A stretch of 63,083 nucleotides of DNA, filler included, from Rhabdomonas costata (GCA_019059605.1; 46 parts of 46 records of this genome joined end to end with filler, not necessarily neighbours in it); one strand, 5' to 3'. Counted from the whole stretch's first letter, positions 1 through 12,851 are shown. Translations and numbers: made by a program. Notes: generated from the letters alone by a model not told the origin.

Positions 1-1093
1 GGTGTGGTTGTCAAAGGGTCGCCATTGGGGTCGCACCCCAAAACAATTTTTAGCTAGGGTGCACACCTGGGACAGGGTCAGTTTCGGGCAGATGCGCAGG
101 CTGAGGAAAGAGAAAAAACGTAGCGTTGTGAGCCTGTTACGACGTTTTCTAACGAAATTGACTTATAACAGTAACCGCTGGGTGACTGTTACCACTCACA
201 TTGACCTTTCCGGGGGCATTTTCTTGCATAGGTCGAGGGAGCTTGGGTGGCCAGGGTCGCGGGGGAGGAGGTCGTTTCCGGAGCCCTCGAGAGGAGCCCT
301 TGGACCCCATGGACCCCTCCGCGTACAGCGATGCCCCTCGTGGGGGCTGGGGAGTTGGCCTGGCCCGTGCTCAGGAGCTCCGACAAAGGCCCAGCGGGAA
401 GGCACAGAACGACTTCTTTTAAAGCTCTGATGGGCGCTGCTGGCCGTCGCCAGAGCCTGCTTGAGAGGAAGGGAAGGCACTCGTTGCAAGTCTTCTTGCC
501 GTGTACATTGTCAAACAGCGTCTCTTGTAATCACTTCGCTCGTGGAAGTGGGTGGAAGTATCTTTCTCTGGTGGTCGTACCGGGAGGTCCGTATCTTCCA
601 TCATTCATTACATTTGTGCCGACATCCGAACCGAAAATTCCGGACGTGTGATGGTTTTTGGATGGTGAAATTCGTCCTCAAATTGAAGTGGTTGATGTTT
701 TTAGATTTTGCCGCTATGTTCTTTTTGTGTTTGTGGAGATGCCTTCTGGTTTTGGATTTGTTCATGAATGCTGTGCAGCGCTGTTTTCTTCAATCTTTTG
801 GCAGGTTTACTGGACGAGTGGGGTGGGGTGTGCAGCGCGTAGCCCATTTTTATTGCTGGTGGTTGAGCCATGTCTTGACTGGTCAGAGGTCAGGCGGAAG
901 CCTCGCGCCGTGTAGTGATTGGGAGGACACGAAAAAACAGACACGACTGTCCCCAAGTCAAAGAAGAAGACCTCTTCAGTGCTGACGGCAATTCACTTCG
1001 ATATTCTAAGGTTTGGTGCAGGTTGCCGGAACCAGACGCTTTCCCTTTTTCCTTCTTACGCAGCCAAACTCTGTGCCCCTTTTCCGTCAAGCA

Positions 1094-1274
1094 ATGCCCC
1101 TCTCTATTTCGAGATGTGTTGTTGTTCTTCTTCTGCTGCTGCTACTTGTGACACCCTGGTTAGCCCACGGTGCGACTCCGTCCGCCTACACCGCAGTGAT
1201 TCTGAACGGCTCCGTGGCGGCCGCGGTGACCGTCAGTGGGCTCCCCAATGTCACCGTTGGGGTGGCGGTGGTGT
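1094..1274 (+). CDS. First exon (partial) of a secreted/surface protein with a signal peptide
   Basis: MPLSISRCVVVLLLLLLLVTPWLAHGA-TPSAYTAVILNGSV; polypyrimidine tract plus CAG at about 1040-1063 upstream. Confidence 0.6.
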
Positions 1275-1374
1275 NNNNNNNNNNNNNNNNNNNNNNNNNN
1301 NNNNNNNNNNNNNNNNNNTTAATTAATTAANNNNNNNNNNNNNNNNNNNNNNNNNNNNNNNNNNNNNNNNNNNN
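1275..1374. other. Synthetic contig linker N44-TTAATTAATTAA-N44 (first of 45, about every 1373 nt; last at 61711-61810)
   Basis: Identical 100-nt spacer with a six-frame stop core recurs between segments of about 1272-1277 nt. Confidence 0.99.
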
Positions 1375-2175
1375 TTGTTGTGTGAAAGCAGTGTCCCTTC
1401 GTAAGCTTCATGCCTGACGGACACTCGAGGGCGAAAGTTTGCTGAGGTTTTCTTTTTTGCGCCCATTTGCGATTGGGTGTCAACTTGTTTTTTGAGCTGG
1501 TTGTGAATAGCAACCGCGGACCAACCCTGCTTTTGAAGCTATCACTGGCAGTTGCTGTTTTGGAGATGGGTTTGAAAGACAGGGTTTTTTTATCTTGCGC
1601 CTTATTTCTGGAAAGACCTCACGGAAATCTCACCCAATTCTGCAAAATATTTTTCCCTTCTGAATATTGATGTTGAGTTGTACCAACGACATAGCATCAG
1701 CTGATTTTGGAATAGAAGCCGACCGATTTTTCTCTGCCCCCTGTAAGCAAATTTTTTTTTGGACATGGACGGGTGTTCTCCAGTTTTTTCTTGCTTGTTT
1801 CCCCAAGTGAGAATACTGGAGGGGAGGAGTCAAAGAATGTGGTGATGGTAACGCATGTACTAGGGGTGCATGCATATATTCGGTATATTCGGTTGCAAGA
1901 CACTACATCAGTCGAGTTTGCAAGGCCAGTGGTTCTTTGATTAAAAAGTCACAAGTCACAAGTCCCCATTACGTTAGATTCTGAGGACCCTGAACATGTC
2001 CACAGGGCTGCTTGCCCAGTGGAGAGCTTTCTGGACCTTTTCTGGACCTTTTGGTGAACTCTTTGTGGTGGCTCAGACTACCTCATTTCCGCTTTTGACT
2101 TATACTCGATTGCCTGCTGTCAGTAAAATAAGTGGACTCCCTTCCAGCAGCGACTCACTACTGTTTCAAGACAAA

Positions 2176-2648
2176 ATGGAAAAAATGGAGTGTTCGGGGT
2201 CCACCTCCACCATTTTTATATTTCCCGGATCGATTTCCGCCGCCCCATCCTGGCCGCTAGCATATCGCTCGTCAGATGAATTGAATAACGATCCAGAGCG
2301 GCACCCGCTTCTTGCCCCTCCCTCCTCTCCTATGTTCCTTGCGGTTGAGCCTGGACAGGAGGCGCTCACAACAGCCCCCTTGCCAACGTTGGTCACCCTT
2401 GGCTACGGCACGGGCCACGTGCTGAACGACCTCTGCGCGGCGTGCTGGTTCAGCTTCATTCTGATCTTCTTCACGGATGTGCTGCTGCTGTCGCCGGTCA
2501 CGGCGGGGGTGCTGATGTTTGTGGGGCAGATCGCGGATGCCATAGCCACCCCGCTTGCGGGGTACTTCTGCGACCAGAGCACGTGGACGCGGTTCGGCCG
2601 GCGGCGCAGCTGGCTTCTGCTGGGGTACCTGAGTGTGGGGCTGTCCTT
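2176..2648 (+). CDS. MFS (GPH/MelB, MFSD12-like) transporter, N-terminal part; start codon uncertain
   Basis: YGTGHVLNDLCAACWFSFILIFF...AGVLMFVGQIADAIATPLAGYFCD...FGRRRSW matches the MFSD12 N-terminal helices. Confidence 0.88.
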
Positions 2649-2773
2649 NNNNNNNNNNNNNNNNNNNNNNNNNNNNNNNNNNNNNNNNNNNNTTAATTAA
2701 TTAANNNNNNNNNNNNNNNNNNNNNNNNNNNNNNNNNNNNNNNNNNNNGTTTTTGTGGTGTGCCACTTGTCAG

Positions 2774-3611
2774 GGACACTGTGATCGGGAAGCAGATCTT
2801 TGTCTTCGAGCACGAGAGGATCGTCATCTGCTGCTGCTTCTCTCGTGATGGCAAATATATCGTTTCCGGTGCGCTGCCCGCTCGCCGCCCTTTTTGTCTT
2901 TGTTATTCGCTTTCGAATCTTTTGCATGGCTCCTCTGTGCGGCGGCATCAGGTTGCCAGGACAAGGTCTGCCGAGTTTGGTCCACCAAGAAGGGCAAGGA
3001 GCTGCTCGCCTTCAAGGAACACGAAGGTGGAAATTGCGCATTTGACATTTTTGACGAGCGAAAGAACTGAGCAGCAGTCTTCCGCGTTTGGGGTTGCAGA
3101 ATAATCAAAAAAAATCTCGCAGAATAATAAACAGAGCGCAACCACAACAAATCAACAACTTGTGGAAACACACACACATATACGCACACACAAGAACTAT
3201 TCCGTTGTGCTGAAAACGGTGTCGCCTCTTTCATGTGGGATCTATACACTTCATATCAACCGCTCGTTCCATACCACCAAAACTATGCCTAAGAATCGGT
3301 TTAAACCTCTTTCAAAACCAGCATTACAATATTTCGGTTGACGAGAATTCTACTGAAGATAGGTTTTAGGTATGTGTTGGGGATTTCACCGTCTTATCCT
3401 TCGAGTTCTTAAACGAAAGCGTCCACCGCGATTCTGTAGTAGGCTTTTATTCTTTTTGTGCTCTTTCTCATCTGAGTTCTCGTTTTTACTACCACGCCAT
3501 TGCTGCAGGGATTATCACCGCTGTGTCCTACGCACCCGATGGAGAAAACATCGTTTCGGCCTCCTCGGACAGAACGCTGCGAATCTGGAGCAGCACCACC
3601 GGCATTTCACT
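2774..3611 (+). CDS. WD40-repeat protein, exons 2774-2868, 2952-3026, 3509 to about 3601/3611
   Basis: GT-AG splicing keeps phase: DTVIGKQIFVFEHERIVICCCFSRDGKYIVSGCQDKVCRVWSTKKGKELLAFKEHEGIITAVSYAPDGENIVSASSDRTLRIWS. Confidence 0.93.
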
Positions 3612-4361
3612 GTATGACACGGCAGTCCGCTTTCCTCCAGTTCCGGCACCCAACCCTTCGGCCGCTGCTTTAGCTTGGTCGGTTTTTTCGAGCCTCAAGG
3701 AGGGGACGCTGAGATTCTTGATTGATGAAGCAAGCAAAGCAAAAGTGTCCATCACTTTCACAGTGTACTGCCTTCATGCCATGCCCGGAATTTGTGAGGG
3801 ACCACACACACATGTGGGGTCTCTGTATGTCATAATCCCATTGCCCGGGCTGGAATTGAGGGCTAGATGGGGTCTACTGGGGTACCCCCCCCCGGCATAT
3901 AGGCCCCATAGGCAAGGCCTACAGGCCAGCTGTACTATGGCGTTCCAGGGTACCCTTATACCCGGAACCTGTCAGGCCCCATGGGCTGGCTACGTGGGGG
4001 ACCCCCCCCACCAAACACACCCNNNNNNNNNNNNNNNNNNNNNNNNNNNNNNNNNNNNNNNNNNNNTTAATTAATTAANNNNNNNNNNNNNNNNNNNNNN
4101 NNNNNNNNNNNNNNNNNNNNNNGTGGTGGGTGTGTTTGGGTTTTTTGGTAGTGGTTGCTCTTTCGTCTGACCCGAAACTAAGAGCAAAAGGGAATGAGGT
4201 TCAATCTTCCCATCGGTGAGCCCTGGAGCCGTTATGTTTTTTTTTTGGACCGTTCTCTTCACACCCGGATAGATGCTATCCACCGTCGAAAGAATATCGA
4301 AGGGGTGCATATGGTATGGTGTTCCGTCTCCGCCAATGCCGTGCTTTCGTGGCCCCGTTAG

Positions 4362-4632
4362 GCCGGGGATGTTCATTGTGACCTACTGGAGCGCCCTGGT
4401 GGATGCCGACGTCGCGCAGACCCGCCCGTTTGAGGTTCATGGGGCCTCCCTCGTGGCCGGACTGGCCCTGCGGCTGACGTGCCCCGCCACGGCCCCAGTG
4501 GGGCGGCCCGTGATGGTGGAGTTTGCGCTGACTGGGGAGGATTCCAGGCCGGCCCGCGACGCGTTGGGCGACTCCCTGGCTCTCTACTACGCCGAGGACA
4601 GGCATGTGCTCGCCCGGAATGATGTGGTTTTG
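4362..4632 (+). CDS. Exon of a hypothetical protein with a beta-sandwich-like pattern; boundaries approximate
   Basis: GC-rich coding-like frame PGMFIVTYWSALVDADVAQTRPFEV...CPATAPVGRPVMVEF. Confidence 0.5.
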
Positions 4633-4668
4633 TAGTCCTGAGGCATTGGGGGACAGATGCCATAACCC

Positions 4669-4779
4669 CTGTGAAGCGGAGAGATACGAAACTGGTACTG
4701 GTTAGCGGCAACGCGACGCAGGTGTAGTTTCTCGCGCAGCCGCTAACCAGTACCAGTTTCGTATCTCTCCGTTTCACAG
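4669..4779. repeat. Internal inverted repeat, 41-bp arms, 29-nt spacer
   Basis: 4669-4709 is the reverse complement of 4739-4779 with one G:T mismatch. Confidence 0.95.
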
Positions 4780-4837
4780 CGTTCAGGTCCCCCCCCCCCA
4801 ACATTGGGGCCGTGAATCCCCAAGCAAGGCAAGCTAC

Positions 4838-5030
4838 CTGACAGCGCGGCGAGGGGGAACGATGGGAACAGGAGGAGGGAGAGGGGTCAAACCCTCAACT
4901 ATCTCCACGGGATACTCGGGGAGCGTCCCGCCCACCTCGAACTCTGCGCTCGCAGCGATCGTCACAGGAATACCCGTCGACGCAGCCGAGAGCAAACGGG
5001 CCTCATACCTCCCTTCCTGGACGCCACCCC
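4838..5030 (-). CDS. Exon of a hypothetical protein; 5' boundary approximate
   Basis: EGRYEARLLSAASTGIPVTIAASAEFEVGG...PPRRAV followed by a cag|gtagc donor. Confidence 0.5.
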
Positions 5031-5746
5031 GTTGCAACCCACACAACAGCAAAAAAAAAAAAAGAAGAATTATGTATGACAAAACCCAATTTAAAAAGGG
5101 CACTCCTTGCCCGAGGGCTCTTTTGAAAATAGCCTAAATAGGCAAAATTAGTCCAAAATAGGCAAAAACAGGCAATTTTACTTTTTGCAGATGTGGGTGC
5201 GCTGAAGAAGACGACATATAAAACTGCACCAAAACTTTGGGTTCACTTCACACCAGCACACGCAAAATGGTGGCCTACACTTTCCTGGTAAATTTAGGTC
5301 CAAACGCCAGCCTAGCTTTCACAAGATGAAAAGCGCGACTCAAAGGCATGAAGAAGAGCATTAACAGAAGACGCACAACCCCCAACCACACCCAACACNN
5401 NNNNNNNNNNNNNNNNNNNNNNNNNNNNNNNNNNNNNNNNNNTTAATTAATTAANNNNNNNNNNNNNNNNNNNNNNNNNNNNNNNNNNNNNNNNNNNNGT
5501 TGGTGTGGTACCGTCAATAAACTCCTCGTCAATAACCTCTGCTGCGCTAGGGAAGAAGCCGCATCACATAAAAAAGGAAGACATGTGGGTGCTGGCCTGA
5601 AGGAGCAAGGACCGGCCATACAGCGTTTCGGGAGACTCACTTTATATACAAAAGACCCCGGGCCTGCTTCAGCTTTGCTCTCAACCCTCAAACTCTCAAT
5701 GGCTGCAATTCTTTCTGGCCCTACCAGATGGCCTGGCTTTGCACAC

Positions 5747-6423
5747 CCCGATGGAGGTTCTCCGCAGGCGCAGGTTCTGCGTTCGGAAGGCTCCTCGGAG
5801 GTACTGCGCGGCATTGAGACAGTAAACTATCCGCACAAACTGCCGCAGTACGAGCCATACTGTTCCTGAGAGAGGGAACGTGACAACAGCAGCAACCTGG
5901 ACACCGGCGTGGGTTCGGTAAGTAAGTAGTATGGTTGGCCCCAACTTCCATATAAAAAACAGAAAAACAGAAAAAAAACAGGGCAGGTACAGTTCACTGC
6001 GTTTCACTGATGTGGGCGATAATCTCCCGCCAGCAATAGCCCTCCTGCTGCCATCCGTTTGCACTATTGGTTCCACCACAGCGGCACTACGATGTAAACT
6101 CCCAAATTTCTTCGCCTATGTGGCATCGCTGTTGGCCAGTTCGTTTCCGATGAGCCTGTGCTGGATGCAGGGTAATTCTTCATTGCCATTCTGTCGGATC
6201 CAGAAGGCAACTCCACAACAACGTTATATAAGGCAGGCATTGCTGCTGAGCACCCCCTTTTAACAGCACATCCATCACACTTAAATTCGCATCAACCTTC
6301 GTCCAGAGGCCCGTGTGCCGCGACATAGTCACTCGCCGTGGGGTCCGTGCAGTGCTCCGTCACCACAAAAACCTCAGTGGGGCTCTCCAGAGCGAACCTG
6401 ACCGTGGCCAGCCACCCCAACAC
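5747..6423 (-). CDS. Protein-kinase-fold protein (probable pseudokinase), exons 6423-6297 and 5865 to about 5747; another probable exon at about 6664-6770
   Basis: VRFALESPTEVFVVTEHCTDPTASDYVAAHGPLDE|GTVWLVLRQFVRIVYCLNAAQYLRGAFRTQNLRL follows subdomains IV-VIb; phase-1 GT-AG intron. Confidence 0.65.
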
Positions 6424-7494
6424 CTGGGACCATGAAACACCGCGTCACCCATCCAGCTCGCCATCCCAACAGCTCCACACCTTGCCAGACCTAGCCACCA
6501 CCTCACGCCGCACCCACGCCTTTCTGTACACACGCGCACTTCTGAAACAGCACTGTACACCGATGACCACAAGCAAAGCGAAGAGAGAAGCTTTTTCAAG
6601 AAGCGGAGAGCCTCTTAGGTGCCCCATCCTGTCTCATTCCCGCAATCATCACTTCCTCCGCACCGCAGGCCCACCGCTGGCCTTTCTGGCCCGGGACACG
6701 TTCTCCGCCACGGCGTCGATCTCCAGCCGCAGGCCGTTGAACAGCAGCAACCCGGCCCTCTCCTCCCCACACNNNNNNNNNNNNNNNNNNNNNNNNNNNN
6801 NNNNNNNNNNNNNNNNTTAATTAATTAANNNNNNNNNNNNNNNNNNNNNNNNNNNNNNNNNNNNNNNNNNNNTGAAACAATTGAAGAACCACCATTTGCA
6901 GAAGCCCGGAACAAAGGGTGCGCACCGTTTTATTTGCTTTTATTGGTTGCTCGCACGTTAATTTTGTTTATTTGTGAGTAAAGCAATTGTTTGTTGTTCA
7001 AAAATCCAAAAACGTGAAGACGAAAAATGTCGTGAAAAAAGAAATGCTAAAAAGACTTTAAAAATTCGTTCCACCAAACATTTTTCAATCCGAGTTAATC
7101 GGAGAGTGTTCCTAGATGTGTACTGCAAATGTACTGCTTCATCTTAGGACTTGAAATTCTAAATTTGACAGCTATAGCTGTTTGGTGGTCTGGTGGATGT
7201 CCTCGCATGGGCTTTTGTGCCCCCTCGCAGGCACCGCTGCTCGCCCTTCACAACCGAAGAAGGTCTGACCTTTGGTTAGATTTTTTTCATTCTCTGCATA
7301 TGGATGGTATAGGTATGGCGGGGTAGTGTCCTGTGATTTCGCAGAGCGTCGACGCGGTCCACCCAGAAGGTTTGGTTGCGTTTAATTGGGATGTCGATGA
7401 CGTTCTCAGAGCTCTCAATGGAGCAGATGCAGTTTCCTAGAGACGCGCGGAGAGAGGCGCTAGCGCGCGCACCGATGCACGCAAGCGCGCAGGC

Positions 7495-7529
7495 AAGCAC
7501 GCACACGCACACGCACACGCACACGCACA
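7495..7529 (+). repeat. (GCACAC)n microsatellite
   Basis: About 5 tandem hexamers. Confidence 0.85.
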
Positions 7530-8399
7530 GACCCCCACCCACATCACCGCCCACTTCTCTTCTGCTTTTCGGCTGAGGGGAGATCCGGAACTCTATGGAG
7601 GTGTACTGGACGGACGAGAAAGCGCTTTTCTTTTTCCGGACACGCATCCCTTTCAGTGTGGTGATTGAGGGATTCTCTTTCGCTCTCATTCCCTCTCTGC
7701 CTCCATTTCTCTTTTCCTCACAGGCGCCTCACCCTTGCGCTTGCCTTCATACACGTCTCTTTTTCTCTCTGGGTTGGGGGGTGTATGGGCTGCGTTTGGT
7801 GCTTTTTTTTCGAGGGTCTGCAAAGAAGGGTCCGGTGTGAGTTGTGGGCAAGGCCTGGGACACATCGCCACCCCACGTCTGCCCATCTCCTCGCCCCGCT
7901 CTATCCTTCCGGGGTGCAGATCCTGTAGGAAAAAGAAAAAGGAATACAAAGGGAAGGGGGTCGCGGAGTTTTCCACCGCCCATAGCCTTTCCCATCACCA
8001 TTGTATTGTCTCAAGCACCTCCTTCGCACGCCGAAGAGATGATACCATACATTCTCTCTTCTTACTTTCGCCAGTCCTGCCCGTGAAACCCCCCTCGTTT
8101 TGTGTGTGGTGTGTGAGTGCGCCTGCGCTCTCGCACACCCAACACANNNNNNNNNNNNNNNNNNNNNNNNNNNNNNNNNNNNNNNNNNNNTTAATTAATT
8201 AANNNNNNNNNNNNNNNNNNNNNNNNNNNNNNNNNNNNNNNNNNNNGTGTTTTTTTGGATGGGACCATTTCGTGAGCGGAAGTTGGTTGTGTGCACCTTC
8301 AACCAGTCAACCTGTTTGCCACCAAATAAACAGCTTTGGTTACATAACCTACTTCCATTGTTTTGTTTATCTGTGAGATCCACTTCGCACTTCAGCGAA

Positions 8400-9520
8400 T
8401 CGGAAACCGAAGACAGAACCCGACACCGAAGCAACATTTGAAACAGAAGCAGAGACAAAAGCCGAACCCTGATACAAAGACACAAAGGCAAACACCCACA
8501 CCAGAACTACACACACTCCAGAAACCGTCCCTTAACTCACACCATCAATCACACCCTACGAACTCACTCCCATCAACCCTCCACGCTTACCAACTCTCGC
8601 ACTTTCGACCTTCCCACACTCATGAACCACACGCATCAACTCAGCAGCCCGTTCCATACAGACATCCACACCGCATCCTTCCACCACACCTCCACCAGAC
8701 ACACCCACCACTCCATCGCATCCATCCACTCACAACCTCCATCAGATCAGAGCCACCAACACTAAAGATACCACCGCGACCTACAACCCACCACCACCAA
8801 CACCACAACCAGCATAGGCACAAACAGCAACCACCACTCCGACTCCGACTCCACAAGCAACACACATACCGACTCCAATAGCAGCACCAACACCCACTCC
8901 ACAACCATCAGCACAACCTACGACACCACCTCCAACAGCCACAGCACAACCACCATCCACTCCACACAACCACACACTCTACGCTACAGACACATACGCA
9001 GACCCTACACATTACACTACACCTTACTCTACGCACCGCCAACAACAAGAACACACGTACACGCGAGAGCCCCAACGCCAAAATCCACACCAATACCAAC
9101 CATTGGATACCAACTTGAGAGTGCAAATACGGATAGGAAATAACGTAGCAGCAGAGACAGGAACCCAGCAGCAGACACAGACAGATCCAGCACCAACAGG
9201 AAGTCCAACAAGGTAGATAGCGTACAGAACCCAACATGCAACAAGTCCACCAAGCGAAACCGAGGCCACGTCAAGAGCAAAACCATGAAGTACAGCAATC
9301 CCAAAGCACCCACACATCCGACAGAACCCAACCCAACAAACCCACCAAGCACCAAAGCACCACCAACACCACCAAGGACGACACACTACTCCGAAGAAGC
9401 AAGCCAGCTCCGCCACCTACCCCGACACCAACTCCGACTCACACTCCGGCAAATCACAAGGAATTCGCGGACCCTCCAACACCACCACCAACAGCAACAA
9501 CAACGCTACACACCCAACAA
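8400..9520 (+). repeat. Strongly C/A-skewed low-complexity sequence, possibly a decayed retroposon
   Basis: T- and G-poor on the + strand over more than 1 kb; the ORFs are compositional. Confidence 0.55.
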
Positions 9521-10051
9521 NNNNNNNNNNNNNNNNNNNNNNNNNNNNNNNNNNNNNNNNNNNNTTAATTAATTAANNNNNNNNNNNNNNNNNNNNNNNN
9601 NNNNNNNNNNNNNNNNNNNNTTTTGGTATTCACGCGATGAGCGAACATAGCTCAACATATCGATTAACACACGAAAACATCGAAATCCCTCCATCCCTGC
9701 ACCCCACTGCCGAATATATTGATTGAAGGGTTTTCTTCCTCCTTTTGGTGAAAGATTTTCAGATGGGTTCCGGCAGCCTCTCGGGGTGGCCTGTTCGGTT
9801 TTTCCTCCGACCTGCTTCAATGAATAGGGTGCCTTTCGGATGTCCTTTCCTACCAGAGAAAGGATCCGAAAGCCACAGCGAAAAAACGCTTTGTACTGTG
9901 GCGAAACCGTGGGGCAGATTTTTTTTTGCGCAAAAACGAGCGCCGCAGTTGCACGTCATATACGTGCTCTGGCATTCCAGCAACAGAAGGATTCCGATTG
10001 AATGAAAGGCGTGGGGAAGGTCACGAAGAAGGACTTCATGGCAACAAGTAC

Positions 10052-10776
10052 CCTTTTCCAGCGTAGCAGGGAGCGAAATTGGGGAGGGGCTCGTCAAGCT
10101 CGGAAAGGGAGAGCTCCCCGACGATGGAGCTGGCCTCCTGAGCGAGCCTCTGAAGCTCCGCCTGTCGTGGTGGGCACAGGGTTCACTTTACACATCAGAG
10201 ATTACAGCACCGCATGAGTAGACAAACCGTAAAGTTCTTATCCGTCCCAAGTGATCCATGAGGGAGGTTTCTCAGTGACGTCCAGAAAGGTCGATGGTGA
10301 CAATCTAATTCACTCGCAGCACACTTGAATCACAATATGTCGCCGAGTCTGTGCTGAACCGAGCATTAGCTGCTTGCTTCCTTGCTCCCTCTAAATCATC
10401 CAAAAGGCTAACAGCCGCACACACACACACGCGCTGAACTTGAGCCACAACCACAACAGAAGGTCTGTGCTTTTACAAGCAGCTCAACGTTCCGAACGAT
10501 GGGAAGCACTGATGAAGAAAATTTAGTTACTGCGAGGAATTGTAAGCCAAACTTTTACAAGACTTTTTCAAAGATGCGGGGGGGGGATGCCCACAGCGGA
10601 CCTCGCCCTCACAGCTCTTGGGGCTGTCGGCCACCCCAGAAGGGCACGTGGATTGGCCCCCGACGACCGCCCTTGATGCGCAGCCCACCTGCAAGGCGAG
10701 CAGCTGCACCCGCAGGGCGTGCCGCGCCAGACCCTGCTCTCGGAGAATCACTCCACGAGCCTCGGGCTCGGCGACC
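10052..10776 (-). CDS. Hypothetical helical/coiled-coil protein, exons about 10776-10690 and 10161-10052
   Basis: tag|VAEPEARGVILREQGLARHALRVQLLALQ|gt ... cag|AELQRLAQEASSIVGELSLSELDEPLPQFRSLLRWKR|gt; phase consistent. Confidence 0.55.
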
Positions 10777-11000
10777 TAGTAGGTACAACCGCACCCCCCG
10801 CAGCCACACTGCATCCTCCGGAAACATAAACGAATAAGCCAAAGCGCAGCAAGTAAGGGCAACAACAATTGAAAAAACTAGTCACATTTTACAANNNNNN
10901 NNNNNNNNNNNNNNNNNNNNNNNNNNNNNNNNNNNNNNTTAATTAATTAANNNNNNNNNNNNNNNNNNNNNNNNNNNNNNNNNNNNNNNNNNNNGTTGGG

Positions 11001-11141
11001 TGGTTGCTTCTCTTGGATTACTGTCTCCGTTGTGCTACTGTTTCATTCTCTACCATTAATTCCAACAACACGCGAATAGTAACAAATGGTAGAGAATGAA
11101 ACAGTAGCACAACGGAGACAGTAATCCAAGAGAAGCAACCA
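11001..11141. repeat. Contig-terminal perfect inverted repeat (about 57-bp arms), likely a foldback artefact
   Basis: Left arm starts at the contig edge after a G/T tail. Confidence 0.9.
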
Positions 11142-12371
11142 CAAAAGACAGAAACAAGAGACAGAACCCAGATAAAAGAAACAAAGGCCAAATACCGGAA
11201 GGCACACTCACACATCAAACGCAGAGACCGACCCCGAATGCCTAAACGTGACCCCTGAAACATAGCACTACACCAGAACACCAACGCACGCACTAGTACA
11301 CACAGAACAAACACCACCGCACAGAAAGCCGCGAATACCGACCATACACTCACAGGATAACCACCACACGCACACATCAACAGCAGAAACACTGAATACC
11401 TGAAGTCGTGAAGACACAAAGACCTGAAGGCAGAACTCATAGAGAACAAGAAAAGCAGAAACACAGGCCGATGCTAAAATGACCCACGTGAGAGAGAAGG
11501 AGTGACACAAGGATGTTTCTGCACTATACCTGAGGACTCTCACTGCCTCTTGAGCCAACCTGCACCACTTACATCATCCCTGTGGTGTATTTTTGAGTGG
11601 TGGATGCAAATAATCACTACACATGGTTTTCATCAGTTCTGATTTTTGTTGTGTCCCATTTCCATCTGTGTTTTCATAAATTTAATATGCGTGAAGTTCT
11701 ACAGCAGATTTGACTCCCATGCATGGAGTTCTTTAGTGGCCAGCTGTTACACGTGACGCAGAATGCACATTCCACTCTCCCCATGATCACCCTTGCATGC
11801 ATCACCTTTCTTTGTTGTCTTAGGTGGCGGGGCCTCTCTGGATCTGCTGGAGGGCAAGGCTTTGCCCGGATTGACCGCCATGACTGCTCATGGCTACTTT
11901 GCTGCAATCGCTCACATGCTTAGTAACCTCTCATGTGAACCCAATGGTAAGTAATGAGTACTTAAGTGTTCCGATCCCGACAATGACAACCATACTAAGT
12001 GTTGATCACTCTATCACCACTACGTACCACCAAACCAAAAGGTATAAAGTGTGCGTAACGGAGCTCGCAAAGAGCTACATTTAGGATAAGTGTAGAGAGA
12101 AGATGTGGAGGAGGAAGTCAGACTTGTGAATGTGAATAATGTTTACCACCAGGAAACGACCCATTTTGTGTTTTCTGGTCGTATATTTTGCTATGCTATG
12201 AGAAACGACCAGAAAACACAAAATGGGTCGTTTCCTGGTGGTAAACATTATTCACATTCACAAACCACNNNNNNNNNNNNNNNNNNNNNNNNNNNNNNNN
12301 NNNNNNNNNNNNTTAATTAATTAANNNNNNNNNNNNNNNNNNNNNNNNNNNNNNNNNNNNNNNNNNNNGGT

Positions 12372-12463
12372 TTTTTGGGGACGCGTTTCTTTTCGTCCAG
12401 CCTCTTGCTTTCTGCCGCGGAGCAAGGCAAGAGGCTGGACGAAAAGAAACGCGTCCCCAAAAA
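12372..12463. repeat. Contig-terminal inverted repeat (about 37-bp arms), likely an artefact
   Basis: tttttggggacgcgtttcttttcgtccagcctcttgc followed by its reverse complement. Confidence 0.9.
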
Positions 12464-12851
12464 GGTTCATCACAACTCTTGAGACTCGGACGAGTTGCTC
12501 TGATCAGACTCTCGAGGCAGATTGCCAGCATTATGCCTATCCGAAGAAATGTCTAGGGCTCAATGAACTCGAGCAGAAGCCGGAATCCAGACCGTTTATC
12601 GGCCAAAAGTGACGTTCGTCAAGGGATGTCACGTGTGTCAGGGCAGAGTCTCCCGGACCCCCGCACCAGTCTCGCGTTTAGCATGTACCGCTCTCCAATC
12701 GCCATATCGCGACATCATGTAACCTTTCTTTTGGAACAAGCGCAATGCTTCCATCCTCTGCACCTTTGATCTTGGGGACTTGAGGTATGTCATTTTAGGG
12801 TGTTAATCTGCCCTTGAGCTGAATGGATGAAGGGGGATGTGGGGTTGGCAG

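Noticed and set aside
8363..9572. Several His/Thr/Pro-rich or Cys/Trp/Val-rich ORFs
   Set aside because: Stop-poor frames caused by C/A skew, without the exon-like GC3 pattern
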